Positions 38,720 to 51,383 of a stretch of 64,000 bases of DNA are shown one piece after another (the first letter of the stretch is position 1; the number at the start of each line of letters is the position of its first letter). Where the stretch lies: positions 130,623 through 194,622 of the forward strand of contig MU006092.1 in assembly GCA_010093705.1 (NCBI GenBank), written 5' to 3'. The DNA comes from Patellaria atrata CBS 101060 (taxonomy: Eukaryota). The notes under the pieces were generated by a model. It worked only from the letters and a program-made list of their open reading frames with translations, was not told the DNA's origin and did no database searches. Both the position numbers and the translations under genes were made by a program.

Positions 38720-39739
38720 TTACCACGGGCCAACACGCACGCCTTGACCGTAAGTCCCATTGAGGAGCTGTTGTCGGACAGTTGCTATGTCGGCGGGGAC
38801 ATTTGAACCTCCTTGTGGATGTTGAGAACCTGACCCTGTACCCATAAAACCTATAGTGGTTCTTAATGCATCCACTGCTACTTGCATCTTCCCACCAGAT
38901 AACTCGTTGTGTTTCGCTAGTTTCTGATCCCATCCTCCATATTGCAATTGAATACCCCCACCACGCTTTGTTGCTTCCTGAATTACCAAAGCCCATGCTT
39001 TAGCCATCTCCTCATACGCATCTTGTTTATGGCGGTTGTTTTGATAGGAGTCCCAGTCTTGTAGCCGGTGGATAACGTCTGTGGCTCCATCAAGATAATT
39101 AAGGGATGTAGCTGGTTGTGCTTCGTGAGGCGGGAGGAAATGAGGTGTATAGTCTTTGAGAGCATCCAAGAGATTCATCAAAGACTGTCGGACTCGATTG
39201 TAAGAGTAGTCTGAAGAAGGACGACCGCCGAACGGAAAGGATGATCGGACCGTAGATTCATAGTTATTGAGAACGCTTAAAGCCGACGCAACACTAGGTC
39301 TCGGTGCTGTTGTAACAACTTCTTGGCCGATCTGAGGATGCCTGTCGCAGATAGACTGGAGAAGGGACCGCATGTCATCCGCTCCTAATGTCTCCAAAAG
39401 CCGAGCTAACGGCAGCGGTCGTCCTGTGAGGTTTGTTCGCGGTCGTTTGGTGATACGATGTGATCCAGACTGTGGTAGTATCCTCGACGCTAAAGAGGGA
39501 GAGCTTGAAGGAGATGCGGAGGTCATCCTCTCGTCTCGATCTGCGGTGTCGTCGTCTGCTTTTCGTTTCCGCCCTGCCATATTGTTACTGTTGGAAGAAT
39601 CTGCTCGAGAGTCATTGTTAGCCAAATTTCGTCGTTGAAATGCCGATGCGAAGTGCTCACTCAGGCGGGGAGGCGAGAGGCGGTTATTTGGGAGAAGATG
39701 CGGCGCTAGGAACGGTTGACTGGCAAGAATACTATTCAT
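38720..39739 (-). CDS. STS1: Tethering factor for nuclear proteasome Sts1/Cut8
   Basis: [31 protein letters not shown] and YTPHFLPP motifs. Confidence 0.92.
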   Translation of the reverse strand: MNSILASQPFLAPHLLPNNRLSPPRLSEHFASAFQRRNLANNDSRADSSNSNNMAGRKRKADDDTADRDERMTSASPSSSPSLASRILPQSGSHRITKRPRTNLTGRPLPLARLLETLGADDMRSLLQSICDRHPQIGQEVVTTAPRPSVASALSVLNNYESTVRSSFPFGGRPSSDYSYNRVRQSLMNLLDALKDYTPHFLPPHEAQPATSLNYLDGATDVIHRLQDWDSYQNNRHKQDAYEEMAKAWALVIQEATKRGGGIQLQYGGWDQKLAKHNELSGGKMQVAVDALRTTIGFMGTGSGSQHPQGGSNVPADIATVRQQLLNGTYGQGVRVGPW

Positions 39740-40283
39740 GATCGTGCTTTGGTTGAGTAGTTAGAAGTTTGCGAGTTTACTTTGAAAAAGATCAAAGAAA
39801 AGACCTTGAGAATGATGGAGTGGAGGGATGTGTTGGTGATGAAAGAGGAGATTGTTCGGAGTTGGGGTCTCTTCTCTCTGTCTGTTTGGTGCCCTTCTAA
39901 GTCAATTCTGGCGGTGTTACGTGCACCAATCAACTGCACGCTTCACCCAGTTGATTAACCTCACAGTCACAGACCTCGACCACCAAGAGTCTAAGTACTC
40001 ATCTACACATAATAGGGAAATAATAGGTACAATTTTATACATTAAATCTGTTTGGTGAAGATCTAGTATCCTACAAGTACGACTAGGTGGTTGTAACGCC
40101 TTTTCAGTAGGTAAAAGCAGTAACTTGAAAGAAAGACGCCGCATGCATTCTCATTTGAGAGCTCCTGTTGACGGGACCCAGCGCATGTCTCTGGATACTA
40201 TACCCTGTTGATCCGATACTCTGCATGAATGTAGATGGACAATCCGATTATACCATCAACAACGCTGTCCGTTAACCCGTGAC

Positions 40284-43200
40284 TTACAGGTACAAGGACT
40301 GCGCAGCAACCAAATCCCTCCTTACCTTGTTCAAGGTCTCTTCAAACTTCTGGACCAAGATCTCGTTACCCATGGCTTTAGCTCCTTGGGCCATCTGTCT
40401 GATCAACTCTTCCAGTCGTCTGAATATCCGAATCAAGTTACCTTCGTAAACATCTGTCATTTTACTGTGCGAGATGTCAATGTTAGGCTGCAAGATTTAC
40501 TCAAAGTAAACTTACCATATTTCGGCAAACGACGCCCCCTTGGTCCAAGCATAAACAACTTCCATCAGTTCAAACTTGAAACTTGCAAGGTAATCGTCTT
40601 CATTCAAGGCGAGTTTACATTCTCGGGAGATTTTCGCTACTACGCGGACCTGAGCCTGGATCTCTCTGTATGCTTTGGAAAGCTCCTCTTTCAGCAATGG
40701 ATAGTCGTGACTCTTTTCCTCGAATACGAAGACGCTTAAGCAGGCAGCACATTGCTCAGGTGATAGTTCGTTGAAGAAACCGTTGAACAAAAGTTCGCTT
40801 AGAACGAGCTCATCGCCGGAGCTAATCTCGCACGCAACACGAGCTTTAATTTTGACAACTTCTGCCTCGTCAATGAAGTCTAGCCGCCGTAGTACGCGTT
40901 TACGACACTTCAGCTCATCCAGTTGCATGACCGACAGCGCTTGGTTAATCTCCTTCTTTACCTCTTTAATCTTATTACTCAAATCAACCTTTCTAGCATA
41001 CTGGTCGTAGAGCGCCGGCAACCTGGGTGAGTTGTGGAGAGGGTTTGAAAGAAGTTTTGATTCCAGGACTTCAATCTTCCGCAGCAATTTTTTGAAAGAA
41101 TCATCAGTGATGTGCATGTTCTCGATCGGATCAAGCACAGCAATGCCATCAGGAAATCGTTTCTTAACTTCCTCAAGGTTTTTGCGGACCTTGTTCCGCT
41201 CATCTGCTGACTTGAGGTCCGCAGGTAGGAAAAGTCTCAGATGGCCGATTGAGTCAATACATGAGAGGAACACTGGTACAACCTCCATTTTGCCCTTCTC
41301 CCCATTTTCGCAGGGTCGAACTCCTTCAGGAAGGCCTTCAAAAGACTTCGGAGAAAAGGTAGTATCGCTCGCAACTTGCAACAGCACATCGATGACATAT
41401 GATTCTTGTGGTTTCATTTCTGATGCGGTTTGTCCCTTAGCCGGTTTACGAAGCGTGAAGGTCACCACCGCACCCCACCCAAAGTCGTGCTCTTTAAACT
41501 TGACTTTAACTAAACGCCCAGATTGCATAAATTGTATGCAATAGTTAGGGTGGGTAATGACGTCTTTCATGTCTTTCGTGTAAGTGTCCAGCTGGTGACG
41601 GAGGTCGTAATATTCCTTAACAGTAGCCTCATCGGGAATCTCAATATCGGCTCTCTCATCTTCCAGTTCTCTTTGGCGTTTCTCGAGGCCAGATACGCTT
41701 GCTGTATTTTGGAACTGGTAGAAGCACCGCTCCAGCATGAACTCGGGCGATATTCCCTCTACGCGTATAAGGTTCAGAACCATATTGTAGCCAAGATGGA
41801 AGGCCGAGTTGAGGTTGTCCTGCTGCCCACGGACTATGTCCTTCGCAACAGTAGGGTCCATCTGTTCGTCGACCATCATGATCACAATACCGCGGTCATC
41901 GAGGCCTCTTCGTCCTGCACGACCAGACATCTGGATGAACTCTGACGCTGAGAGCCACCGTTGAGATATACCATCGAATTTCCTCACACTTGTAAATACT
42001 ACCGTCTTTGCAGGCATATTGAGACCTATTGAAAAGGTTTCTGTAGCAAAAAGAACCTTGATCAAACCTTCTTGGAACAGAATTTCTATAGTCTCTTTCA
42101 GAATTGGTAGAAGGCCGGAGTGATGGACACCAATACCCCTCCTTAAAAGCGGTAGGATATGCTGGATTTGTGGTAGAGACCGATCTTCCTCGGAAAGAGA
42201 TTCCACCGCGCTCTCGAAAACTTTTCCCACCATAGCCTTTTCTGACTCGTCGTTGAAAGCCATCTGGCTCATCTTTAGGGCATAATCCTCACACTCCCGC
42301 TTACTGAAGCTGAAAACGATAACGGGGTTATAGTGCTTAATCATAATCATTTTGATGATTTTGTAGATATCGCTTGGAGGATCTCTATTACCCCCCCTGT
42401 TCGGCTTCTTGTCTTTTCCTTTCCCCTTCCTCTTAGCCATGGCATCTGCTGGGTCATCACCTTGTTTCTCTTTTATAACTGCCATAGATTTTTGGAAGTT
42501 CTCTTCCCGAAAATTGCCCTTCTCGTCTACTATGAGATGAATGCCATCCGCCCCTGCTGGGAAGAAATAGTGCTGCAGAGGAGTGGGCCTGAAATCTGTG
42601 TAAACTACATGGCATGGCTGATTGTGAGTCTTCGTAATCCACTCCGCAAATTGCATAGCGTTTGGTATCGTTGCGGAGAGGAAGACATAGCGCACTTTAT
42701 CGGGAAGTAATATGATAGTCTCTTCCCAAACGACACCACGAACTATTCGCGTGAGCAAAAGTTTGGGAAGTACGAGGGGTTTAACTTACTCTTGTCTCGC
42801 AAATAGTGTACTTCATCAAAGACCACCCATGCCACTTCGCGCATTATCTCAGAGCCTCTGTATAACATAGACCGTAAGATCTCTGTTGTCATTACCAAGC
42901 AGGTCGCGGTGGGGTTGATGGTTACATCTCCAGTCATCAAGCCTACATCGCCAAACTCTGCAGTGAACTCTCTATATTTCTGGTTACTCAAGGCCTTGAT
43001 CGGACTTGTGTATATGACTCTCTGGTTGTTCTTCAAACATTGTGCGATAGCATACTCGGCAACGACGGTCTTGCCTGCACTAGTATGTGCGGATACTAGT
43101 ACGCTCTCATTTCGCTCGATCGATGCAACTGAGACTTCCTGGAAGGGATCTAACTTGAACGGCCATGTTCGGGCTGGGTGTTCTGGCGGCTTGTGCGCCG

Positions 43201-43606
43201 AAATTGGCACGTATTCGTAGTCTGGAGGTAACGCGACCTGATGGCGAACTTGATGGGAGAGTATCATCGTGGAGCCATCTTTCTGTGGCTGCAAACCTGC
43301 GGATTGCGCAACTTCACGCGATTGTTCGGTCTCGAAGGTGTCTGTGACCACAGGGTCTGCTTCAACATCTCGTCGTTGTCTCTTTGAACCATGTCCTTCT
43401 GCACCATTGTGTTGCACCGAGATATCATCGCCCGCCATGAGCACATCACTCTGGGATTTATCTCCAACCTCAACGTCATCCCCAGATTTCACATCACCAT
43501 TTGCCTGTCTCTTCTTGCTCTTTTTGGGAGGTTTTGAGGCTTTTGACGATCCTTGCTCATTAGGAGCCTTAGAGTTATCTTCAAAAACGTCGAATAGCTC
43601 GTCCAT
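40284..43606 (-). CDS. MTR4: ATP-dependent RNA helicase Mtr4/Dob1
   Basis: [29 protein letters not shown] and [10 protein letters not shown] motifs, an arch/KOW insert and terminal AAQSLYL. Two introns. Confidence 0.97.
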
Positions 43607-43885
43607 GGTGGAAATAATTGCTGCCAGGCGTGGAGTAGAATTGTTGGCTCAAGTTTGTATCGATGATTCGATCGACTCTTAGGAAAAATGTTCCAACGAT
43701 CGAAAAGGTGATGCCAAGAACGGAAACCTCCGCGGCTCTGAGCTCGTCCGCAATGCTTCCTTTCACATCACCTCATCCCAATTGAACACCCAACTGATCT
43801 TCTCTCCGACAAAAATTGAGTAAACAAAGTCATTCAATGTAATATTCTTAACCATAACGCATGATTTCATTGCTAACAGCTATAG

Positions 43886-44232
43886 ATGCTTTCCCGCCCC
43901 GTGCTTAAGGTTTCGGCCAACACTACCCTAATCGCCCGTCGCGGATTCCAAACCTCCCGCGTTCAGATGTCAAGTCCATATCATTATCCTGAAGGGCCAT
44001 ACAGCAACATTCCCTTCAATCCGAAGACTAGGTTCTTTGCTCTGCGATACTGGGGATTTATGGGTGTGTATAGTATCCAATCTTGGTGTGATGGAAAGCT
44101 GACCACTTTTATAGCTACCGGATTCCTAGCACCATTCGGGATCGCGGGTATGTACTCAATTCTGCCAAACAGACGTATTCGCCTTTTAATTAATCTTCAC
44201 TAGTCTGGCAAACCAAGAAGAACGCGCCCTAA
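43886..44232 (+). CDS. COX8: Cytochrome c oxidase subunit VIIc (yeast Cox8)
   Basis: Mitochondrial presequence followed by HYPEGPYSNIPF and, after splicing two short introns, ATGFLAPFGIAVWQTKK. Confidence 0.9.
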
Positions 44233-44692
44233 ATGTTACGGCTCTTCAGGAGAATCTCAATTATGCGTCGAATTTGAGAATATGCAAACGAACAAAGGGC
44301 GCACTGTATATAGAGCTAGCCTTGTACAATTCATCTGAAAACTTGAAAACATGCGACCAACGTTCTATTACCGTTTCAATCGCAACAAGCGATGAGGAAA
44401 AGTTGCATTGATATCGGTCTCTACGTGGCCGAATCAGATCTAATTCACTTCGAATGATCTCACCATTCAACGTGACTTTACCCTACCCGACAGAGTAGCT
44501 AAACATTCAAACAGCTATTCTAGTAACTCAATACAGATATCAATCATAGAGGTCCTTGGTAATATCGGCGTTGGTCAATATTTACTCGTATATATTCCAA
44601 CCCGATCATTACATTGAACATACATAAATTTTCTTATAGATGTAAGTTTGGGCCGAACTCTTCCCAATGGCCATTTTACTAGTGGTAGCAAC

Positions 44693-46069
44693 TCAGGTAA
44701 TACGCCACCTCCGGGAATGGCCTAGATGATCCCTTAGTGTAACCTTTAGCTGAATCCCATAATGTCGTAAAGTCCTCGATACTACCTCAGGTGGTTCCAA
44801 TTCAACTAACGGAAGTTTAAATGCTCGCCCAATGCTTTGGCATCGTTCTCTAACGTTAACACTACTGAGTACCGGTATATTCTCAGTCTTAAAGATAGCT
44901 AGTTCGACGATCCACGACCATTTATATGCAATATCATGGTATTTTGAATTCAGCACAGCGGTTTGAGTTGGTGCGTCATGGAACAAGAAACTAGTATACC
45001 AGTCGAAGACCACCTAAATGCAATTAACAGGTGAGATCTTCCGACAAAGATACGCTCTTACTGTAAACGATTTAATCGTTGGTGGCAAAAGTCTGCATAC
45101 ACCCTCCCTATGATCCGAGGGAATTGATGGATCGAACATCAAACTGGACGCTACCTCGACTTTCTGCAATGACAGAAAGTCTCTGAGATCCAGTCTGGAT
45201 CCATCGTGATTAACCCATCTGTAGTTATCCCCCAACAGGCACAAATGTCTCAGGCTATGTCGGATCGGTGTCAACGTTGCTGTAACACCTGCGGGCGATA
45301 ATGAGTTCATAAGGCCCGATATTGAGGAATACGGATTTGACCCCATACGACCCGGCACCCTGCAGAACAGTTCCTGCAATTTTCCCGTGTGAGCAAGGAT
45401 CTCGCCTAATATTGGTTCCGGGATGATCGAGTTGGTGAGATCTAAGCTTCTAATGGGAGATGTCTTAATGGGATCAATTGCGATGTTTGAAGATACCAGA
45501 CTACGGAACTGGCCCACAGTGATATGGTTCAGTTCAGGAAGTATCATGAATTGGTACAAGTCTTCCGGGGAGAATATTTCAGTCAGTAAATGGACTGCTT
45601 TTAACCGCATCGTGGGACATGATTTCAGAAACGTGGATCGAATGCACGCAGGTCCAAATTGGGAGAATCGCAGTTCTCGAATGTTATATGCTCTTGAGAG
45701 AAAGGTGTCTATCAATTTCAGGATTGTGGTAGTATCATACGATCCCCATTGGAGATGTACTTCACGTACGTGCCGACGAAGCTCTGGGCTTTCATCGAGA
45801 GTGCGTACGAATTGATGGAAAGAACTTGAATGAGGCGCATCGAGACAGAAATCAACAGTGCGAACAATGAGTTCTCGACTTAGTTGATAATGATGGTGTG
45901 ATACAAGTGCCAGCTGATACAGCTGCTTTCGGTCCCCTATGAAGTAAGACAGAGTTTCATAAAGGACATCATCATTTAAGTAAACTTGTCTCCCCATATT
46001 GCCTTTTGAATGGTTTAGAATCCTCCAGATCTCTTCGAGAATCATGATATCTATATGCTGCACCATCAT
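44693..46069 (-). CDS. F-box-like / LRR-like hypothetical protein
   Basis: N-terminal LNDDVLYETLSYF..LYQLALVS is F-box-like, followed by repeated LxxLxL segments. An intron at 45014-45061 joins ORF 44693-45013. The start codon is uncertain. Confidence 0.65.
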
Positions 46070-47028
46070 GGTATTAAGTGTTTAGATGTGATGTATACTG
46101 TACATGTCGGTAATTAGGAAAAACTATAACTGCCGAACACCATATTAGCTCCTCCTGCAGACATTATACAGAAATACTTGAAAACCGAGGTACGCTTTCA
46201 AGGCTTTTAGATATTCAGGATCATTGTGTTATGCGGTCTGCACCTTGGCTGGTAGAGTACGATAGATTGAAAGGAATCTGATGAACTACTTTGCCTTCGC
46301 GTTCTGATAATTTCAGTCCTACTCCGTACACGCAGCACGACCCCTTGAAATAGAGGTATTTTCTTCCAAAGTTATCATGAAATGTACTGTACGTCTACTT
46401 TGAACTACAACTGGGTGGAATCACAAGATTATAAGTTTTATAAGGAACTCCAAAGCCATCCACATTACCTGGGATGGAGAGAGATGTCCCACTTTCTATG
46501 ATGAACCTAATCAATTTTCTAGGAGGTTTTGAAAGAAACATCAAGTACGCTGGCATAACTGGTGGAAGAGAGGAGGAGGAAGCGTTGGTTACGGAGTCCA
46601 TGTCGGGTGCCCATTATTGAAGATGGAAGAGCAATACTCCGTACCACCTCAGAACATGATTTCGAAAGCCCCCTTAACCAGCAGAAGTCATAAATTCGAA
46701 TAGATGCAAGACGGCATGAAACACAAAGTTCTGATTCCTAATAAATACTTGACCTCAATTGCAAGTAGCCATCAAGAAATCATGTTTATATATGCAATGA
46801 GATGATTAAACGACAAAACGGTTGGGTACTGGTATCATCTGCCCTAAGGTATGGATGAGGTGGAGCTATGACTGGGAGCTTGGGCCATCGATACCACCAG
46901 TACCATCTTCCCACCTCGCTCACTACTTTGAGGCAGTGGAGTACTTAAATCCATCCTCTCCCGCGAACTTTCCTCGGCCTCATTTTCTTGCTTTCTATTC
47001 TTAGTCTGTTTATCTAGAGATATTCAGC

Positions 47029-49167
47029 ATGAAGAATAGACCCCAGGAACCGAAGAACGATAACCCTCCCACTTCAACTGAGAAGCCAACTTCCCCGCCC
47101 TCCGTGAATACTTCGAGCCAGGATACCACTGCAAACCCTCCTGTGAAAAAGCTGGAATATCCAGACGATGGAGAGATGAGCAAATCATGTGTCACTGCAG
47201 AGGCCTATGACTACTTGTTACGCCTTAGGAAGCTTGAAACTGCAGTCTCAGAGCTAAAAATCGTAAAAGGAGCACAATATAGTGAGCTTAGGAAGGTCGA
47301 GTCTCAAGTAGAACCAATGAGGAAGAATATCGAGAAATCCGAACTGCGAACAAGGCTAGTCTATCAAAGAATGCTTATTCTCACGAACAAACTCAACGAG
47401 AGGGTGGATAGGATGGGACAGGATTTCAAAGCCCTTGAGAGAATCAGACGGGATAATGAAGACCACAAATCAAAGATGAGAGACATGACGGAGCTAATCT
47501 CAAAGTGGATTGAGATTGTTGAAGTAGTTGAACAGAAAAATCGGGAATCAGCACTCACTGCGGTGCAACCCCACGAGATCGGTTTCTACAACCCAAGGAA
47601 AGTAGAAGATGATCCTTCCGGAATAACCCAGATCTCCTGTGGCACTAACATAGAAACTGAGTACCATGATGTGAATCTATTCATTGCTCGACTGGAAGAT
47701 TTAGCTACAGCAAAACGGCCGATTCGCTGCATCCAAGACTGTCTACGAGGTCAAGCCCTTATGTGGTATATGAGCGAACTTGACTCTCTGGGAAGAGGGG
47801 ACCTTCGCAACTCATCTCTTGCTCATTGGTGTGAAGTACTCCGTAAAAGATTTGAAATGAAACCCCATGAAGCTCAACGTCTTTTCGAGGAATGCAAATA
47901 TACCATCCAGGATGGGGCTGAGAAGAAGGATATCATGGTACATGTCAACAGAGCATTGCGGTTCATAAGGGTGTTCGAACTGGAGCAAAAGAAGTGGGTC
48001 TCTTGGGTCTCTAAGAGCTTGAACGACATACCGAATTGGTTTGCTAAGGGCCCGTCCATATTCGAGTCCCTATCAAGTCTACTAATATACCTTCGTGAAA
48101 ACGAGGCATGGCTCCACGACCATTGCGATTATCTGCACAATGCGATGAAACTCTCGGCAAATATGAAGGAGATCAGACCATCATCCAGCGATTCTCCCTC
48201 CCTGCCGTTCTGGGAGTATCCAGATCCCCTCTCGCCACGCTCACGCAAGTCCACAGAGGGGGAAACCAAACCTATTATAGGGTATCTGAAGTCCTCCGCG
48301 TCCCGAGATATGAGTGCACCCGTCTATCCCACGTTTGCGCCAGCTCTGAATCGACGAAGCAGAGAATTTGGGAAGCCGTCGCCCCTCGGAATCCGTAGTG
48401 TTTATAACAATGCTCCCACCGTCCCAGGAGCGTGCTGGGCACAAACCTGGTCGCAGCTGCCGACGTACTCCTCGCCTTTCGCCGCTTCGAAGCCTACGAG
48501 CTCTTCATTACCATATACTCCAATGAATTATACCTTACCCTCCCCAACAACTCTTCAATCAGCTCAGACTCCATGCATTGATCCATTGAAATACGCACCA
48601 ATTCCAGCCGCCACCAGCACACAATCTATTAATTCACAGGGATGTACTGGGAATTCTTGGATGGAGCTTCCTAAGACATCAACGGCTAATACAGCAGCTG
48701 CCAATCTAACAGATCCTATTACCACTGGCCCAGCGTCAACACTGCTGGGACGGACTTCCATGCACCGATTCATAGATCAAGCCGTCATTAACACGCAGTT
48801 TGAAGCTGAACTCGCCCAAATCGACTTAAGAAGGAGGAAGCGCGAGCAAGAGGACGCGGAGAGGGAGGTGCTGACCAGACAGACTGAGAACGCGAAGGTG
48901 TATAAGATCGTGAAGAGGAAGTCCAAGGGTATGGGTAAGACGGAGGGGTTAGAGGCGGTAAACTTTTCGGGGATATCCTTGAAAGATGGGGAGCAGAAAA
49001 TGCCAAGGCAGCCGGAAAGGCATCAAGAGGAGCAAGAGACGACATGCTCCATGACATTCTCTAGGAAGGAGAATGAGAAAGTAAATGAGGAGAAGCAGAG
49101 GTCTGTGGATGAAAATACGAAGAAGGCTCAGAATGTGGTGGCGAAAGTGAACGGGAATAAGAATTGA
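47029..49167 (+). CDS. Intronless protein with an N-terminal coiled coil and a Ty3/gypsy Gag capsid-like domain (candidate domesticated gag)
   Basis: Central EIGFYNP..YHDVNLFIARLEDLA..CLRGQALMWYMSEL..WCEVLRKRF..KYTIQD resembles fungal retrotransposon Gag as recalled. No pol or LTR is visible. Confidence 0.7.
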   Translation: MKNRPQEPKNDNPPTSTEKPTSPPSVNTSSQDTTANPPVKKLEYPDDGEMSKSCVTAEAYDYLLRLRKLETAVSELKIVKGAQYSELRKVESQVEPMRKNIEKSELRTRLVYQRMLILTNKLNERVDRMGQDFKALERIRRDNEDHKSKMRDMTELISKWIEIVEVVEQKNRESALTAVQPHEIGFYNPRKVEDDPSGITQISCGTNIETEYHDVNLFIARLEDLATAKRPIRCIQDCLRGQALMWYMSELDSLGRGDLRNSSLAHWCEVLRKRFEMKPHEAQRLFEECKYTIQDGAEKKDIMVHVNRALRFIRVFELEQKKWVSWVSKSLNDIPNWFAKGPSIFESLSSLLIYLRENEAWLHDHCDYLHNAMKLSANMKEIRPSSSDSPSLPFWEYPDPLSPRSRKSTEGETKPIIGYLKSSASRDMSAPVYPTFAPALNRRSREFGKPSPLGIRSVYNNAPTVPGACWAQTWSQLPTYSSPFAASKPTSSSLPYTPMNYTLPSPTTLQSAQTPCIDPLKYAPIPAATSTQSINSQGCTGNSWMELPKTSTANTAAANLTDPITTGPASTLLGRTSMHRFIDQAVINTQFEAELAQIDLRRRKREQEDAEREVLTRQTENAKVYKIVKRKSKGMGKTEGLEAVNFSGISLKDGEQKMPRQPERHQEEQETTCSMTFSRKENEKVNEEKQRSVDENTKKAQNVVAKVNGNKN

Positions 49168-49410
49168 GGATAAGAGGAAGGGTATGCTTGAATCCTGTGA
49201 GCATGTTATGTAATACTCAATGTCGATTTGTCTTTATTGATATTGGTAATGTCTAGTTTACATATTTACTATGAAGGTTCTCAATTGGAGGGGAAGGCAA
49301 AGGTAAAGAAAAAGGGGTATCATAATTGTAATGAAAGTAATGCTACATCACCTTCAACCTTTCTCCATTCTCAGGCGTCTTAATTTAGCTTTTTTTGCTC
49401 TAACTTTAGT

Positions 49411-50649
49411 TTATCCTTCCTTTCTCTTCCCTTCCACGTCCCTCATTACCCTCAACACATCCCCCACCAAATACAAACTGCCCGCAGTAACCAACGGCCC
49501 TTCCCTACCTACGGCACATGCAACCTCCAGCGCGGCCCTCATTTCATCCATGGCCCTAACCTCCGCCAACCCCCTCACCGTTTCCTCAGCAATCTGCGCC
49601 AGCTCCTCTGCCTTCGTCGCCTGTACCCACGGCATCCCATCTACGGGTCCAAAGGCCGTTGCCACTAACCTATCACCAGGCTGCAAAAGTACAGATAGTA
49701 GACCGGGAAGGTCTTTCCCCTGAGTTACGGCTAGGAGCCATGTTACGCTCCCGTCTGGGGAAAGGGGACGGAGATGAGTGGAGACGTGAGATGAGAGGGC
49801 GGCGGCGGATTGAGGGTTATGTGCTCCATCGAGGAGAACTGAAGCCTTACGGCCCGTCAAAGTCGTGAGAGATTGAGAGGAGAGGCGGCCCGGAAATGTG
49901 GGGAGCTGCGCTGGGATAGCGGGCAGAGAAATGGGTTCCGGGCTGTCAAGGCGAGGGAGCGCAAGAGAAAGCGCGATATACGCCGTCGCGAGATTAGTAA
50001 CCTGATGCTCCGGCATTCCACTCGGAATCGTAAACTTCGGCGGGAGCGTCGGATAATGTAACGTCACTCCCTCGACCTTAGCCGCAGCTTCCTTAATCGC
50101 GGAAAGAGCGTCGGGATCATTAGTCGGATCTACCACACACGGCACCCCAGGCTTCATGATTCCCGCTTTCTCGATTGCGATGGCGTTAAGTGTATCCCCG
50201 AGAAAAGCTTGATGATCCAACCCAATCTTCGCAATCACAGTGACAAGCGGGTTGGTGAGGATATTCGTCGCATCCAACCTCCCCCCCATGCCCACCTCCA
50301 CAACACCCACTTCGATTCCTTCCCCTGAAAAAAACTCAAAGGCTGTCGCTGTCAACACTTCAAACTCGGATGCTCCTATCCTCTCAACCTCATTACGGTG
50401 GAGTACGCGAGACTCGGCTTCGCGAAAGGCAGTGTAGGGGATGGGAGTGTTGTTGATAGATATGCAGTCCCAGCGGTCGATCAGATGCGGAGAGGTGAAA
50501 CGGCCGTGGCGTATAGGGGTGTTGGAGAGGAGGGAGGAGATATAACTGCAGATGCTGCCTTTACCATTGGTGCCGGCAATGTGGATGGCGCGCCAGGGGA
50601 GGGGACGTGGGAGGAGGAGTGAGATGCGGTTGAGGCCGAGTTCGATCAT
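49411..50649 (-). CDS. FOL3: Dihydrofolate synthetase / folylpolyglutamate synthase family
   Basis: MIELGLNRI, HIAGTNGKGS, FTSPHLIDRWDCI, EVGMGGRLDATN, LDGAHN and GSLYLVG motifs. Confidence 0.93.
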   Translation of the reverse strand: MIELGLNRISLLLPRPLPWRAIHIAGTNGKGSICSYISSLLSNTPIRHGRFTSPHLIDRWDCISINNTPIPYTAFREAESRVLHRNEVERIGASEFEVLTATAFEFFSGEGIEVGVVEVGMGGRLDATNILTNPLVTVIAKIGLDHQAFLGDTLNAIAIEKAGIMKPGVPCVVDPTNDPDALSAIKEAAAKVEGVTLHYPTLPPKFTIPSGMPEHQVTNLATAYIALSLALPRLDSPEPISLPAIPAQLPTFPGRLSSQSLTTLTGRKASVLLDGAHNPQSAAALSSHVSTHLRPLSPDGSVTWLLAVTQGKDLPGLLSVLLQPGDRLVATAFGPVDGMPWVQATKAEELAQIAEETVRGLAEVRAMDEMRAALEVACAVGREGPLVTAGSLYLVGDVLRVMRDVEGKRKEG

Positions 50650-51383
50650 TTCAAGGGGTTCATTTCTCAGAGAGATGATACAATACTACTAATATCTTTA
50701 CGAAGGTTAGGTTTTGACGTAGTACTTCCTGTAGAACGAAGGTAGGACCGCAGTATGATCGCACCTCAGTACATAGAAGCCGGGGCCAAATCCGCGTTCG
50801 GAGGTTTTACTAGAACTGGAGTGACATCATCGTCAGCTTAACAGTCATATAGTGATGATAATAGCTAAGGTATGTAAGCAGAGTTTTCTGCTGTTGCTAT
50901 GCAGACTTGTTACTGTATACAAATAAGGTAGTGTGTTGTCGTTTTGTCCTTGATTGAGTCATCGGTTCCATTTGCTGTCGGTCCATTTAATAAGAATTAT
51001 TTTAACCTTTGGCGTTATCGGGAGTGGAGACATGATTTGCATATCCCGTCGCCTTCTTAGACTATTACTCCCGGCCAGAATTCTGATTGGGCAGGAACAA
51101 CAAACACGAACCCCTTGGACGTCGCTTCTCGAATTAGACTGGTAGGCACCACTGGGGCAGGCACTAACGGTAACCAGATCTCGCCTCACCCTCAACCTCG
51201 TCGTTCCTGTCCAGAGGCCAGCCTCTCCCCTCAAAATCTCAAATCGCGACAACACTCGTCCGAATATTGCAAATATTCAACATCTCCCCTCATCAACCCC
51301 ATCTCCATAAAATCTCCCCTCACTTCGCTCTTTTCTTTTTCTTTTCATTGTTTACTCTTTTAACTTCTTGCGACTCCTTGAAA

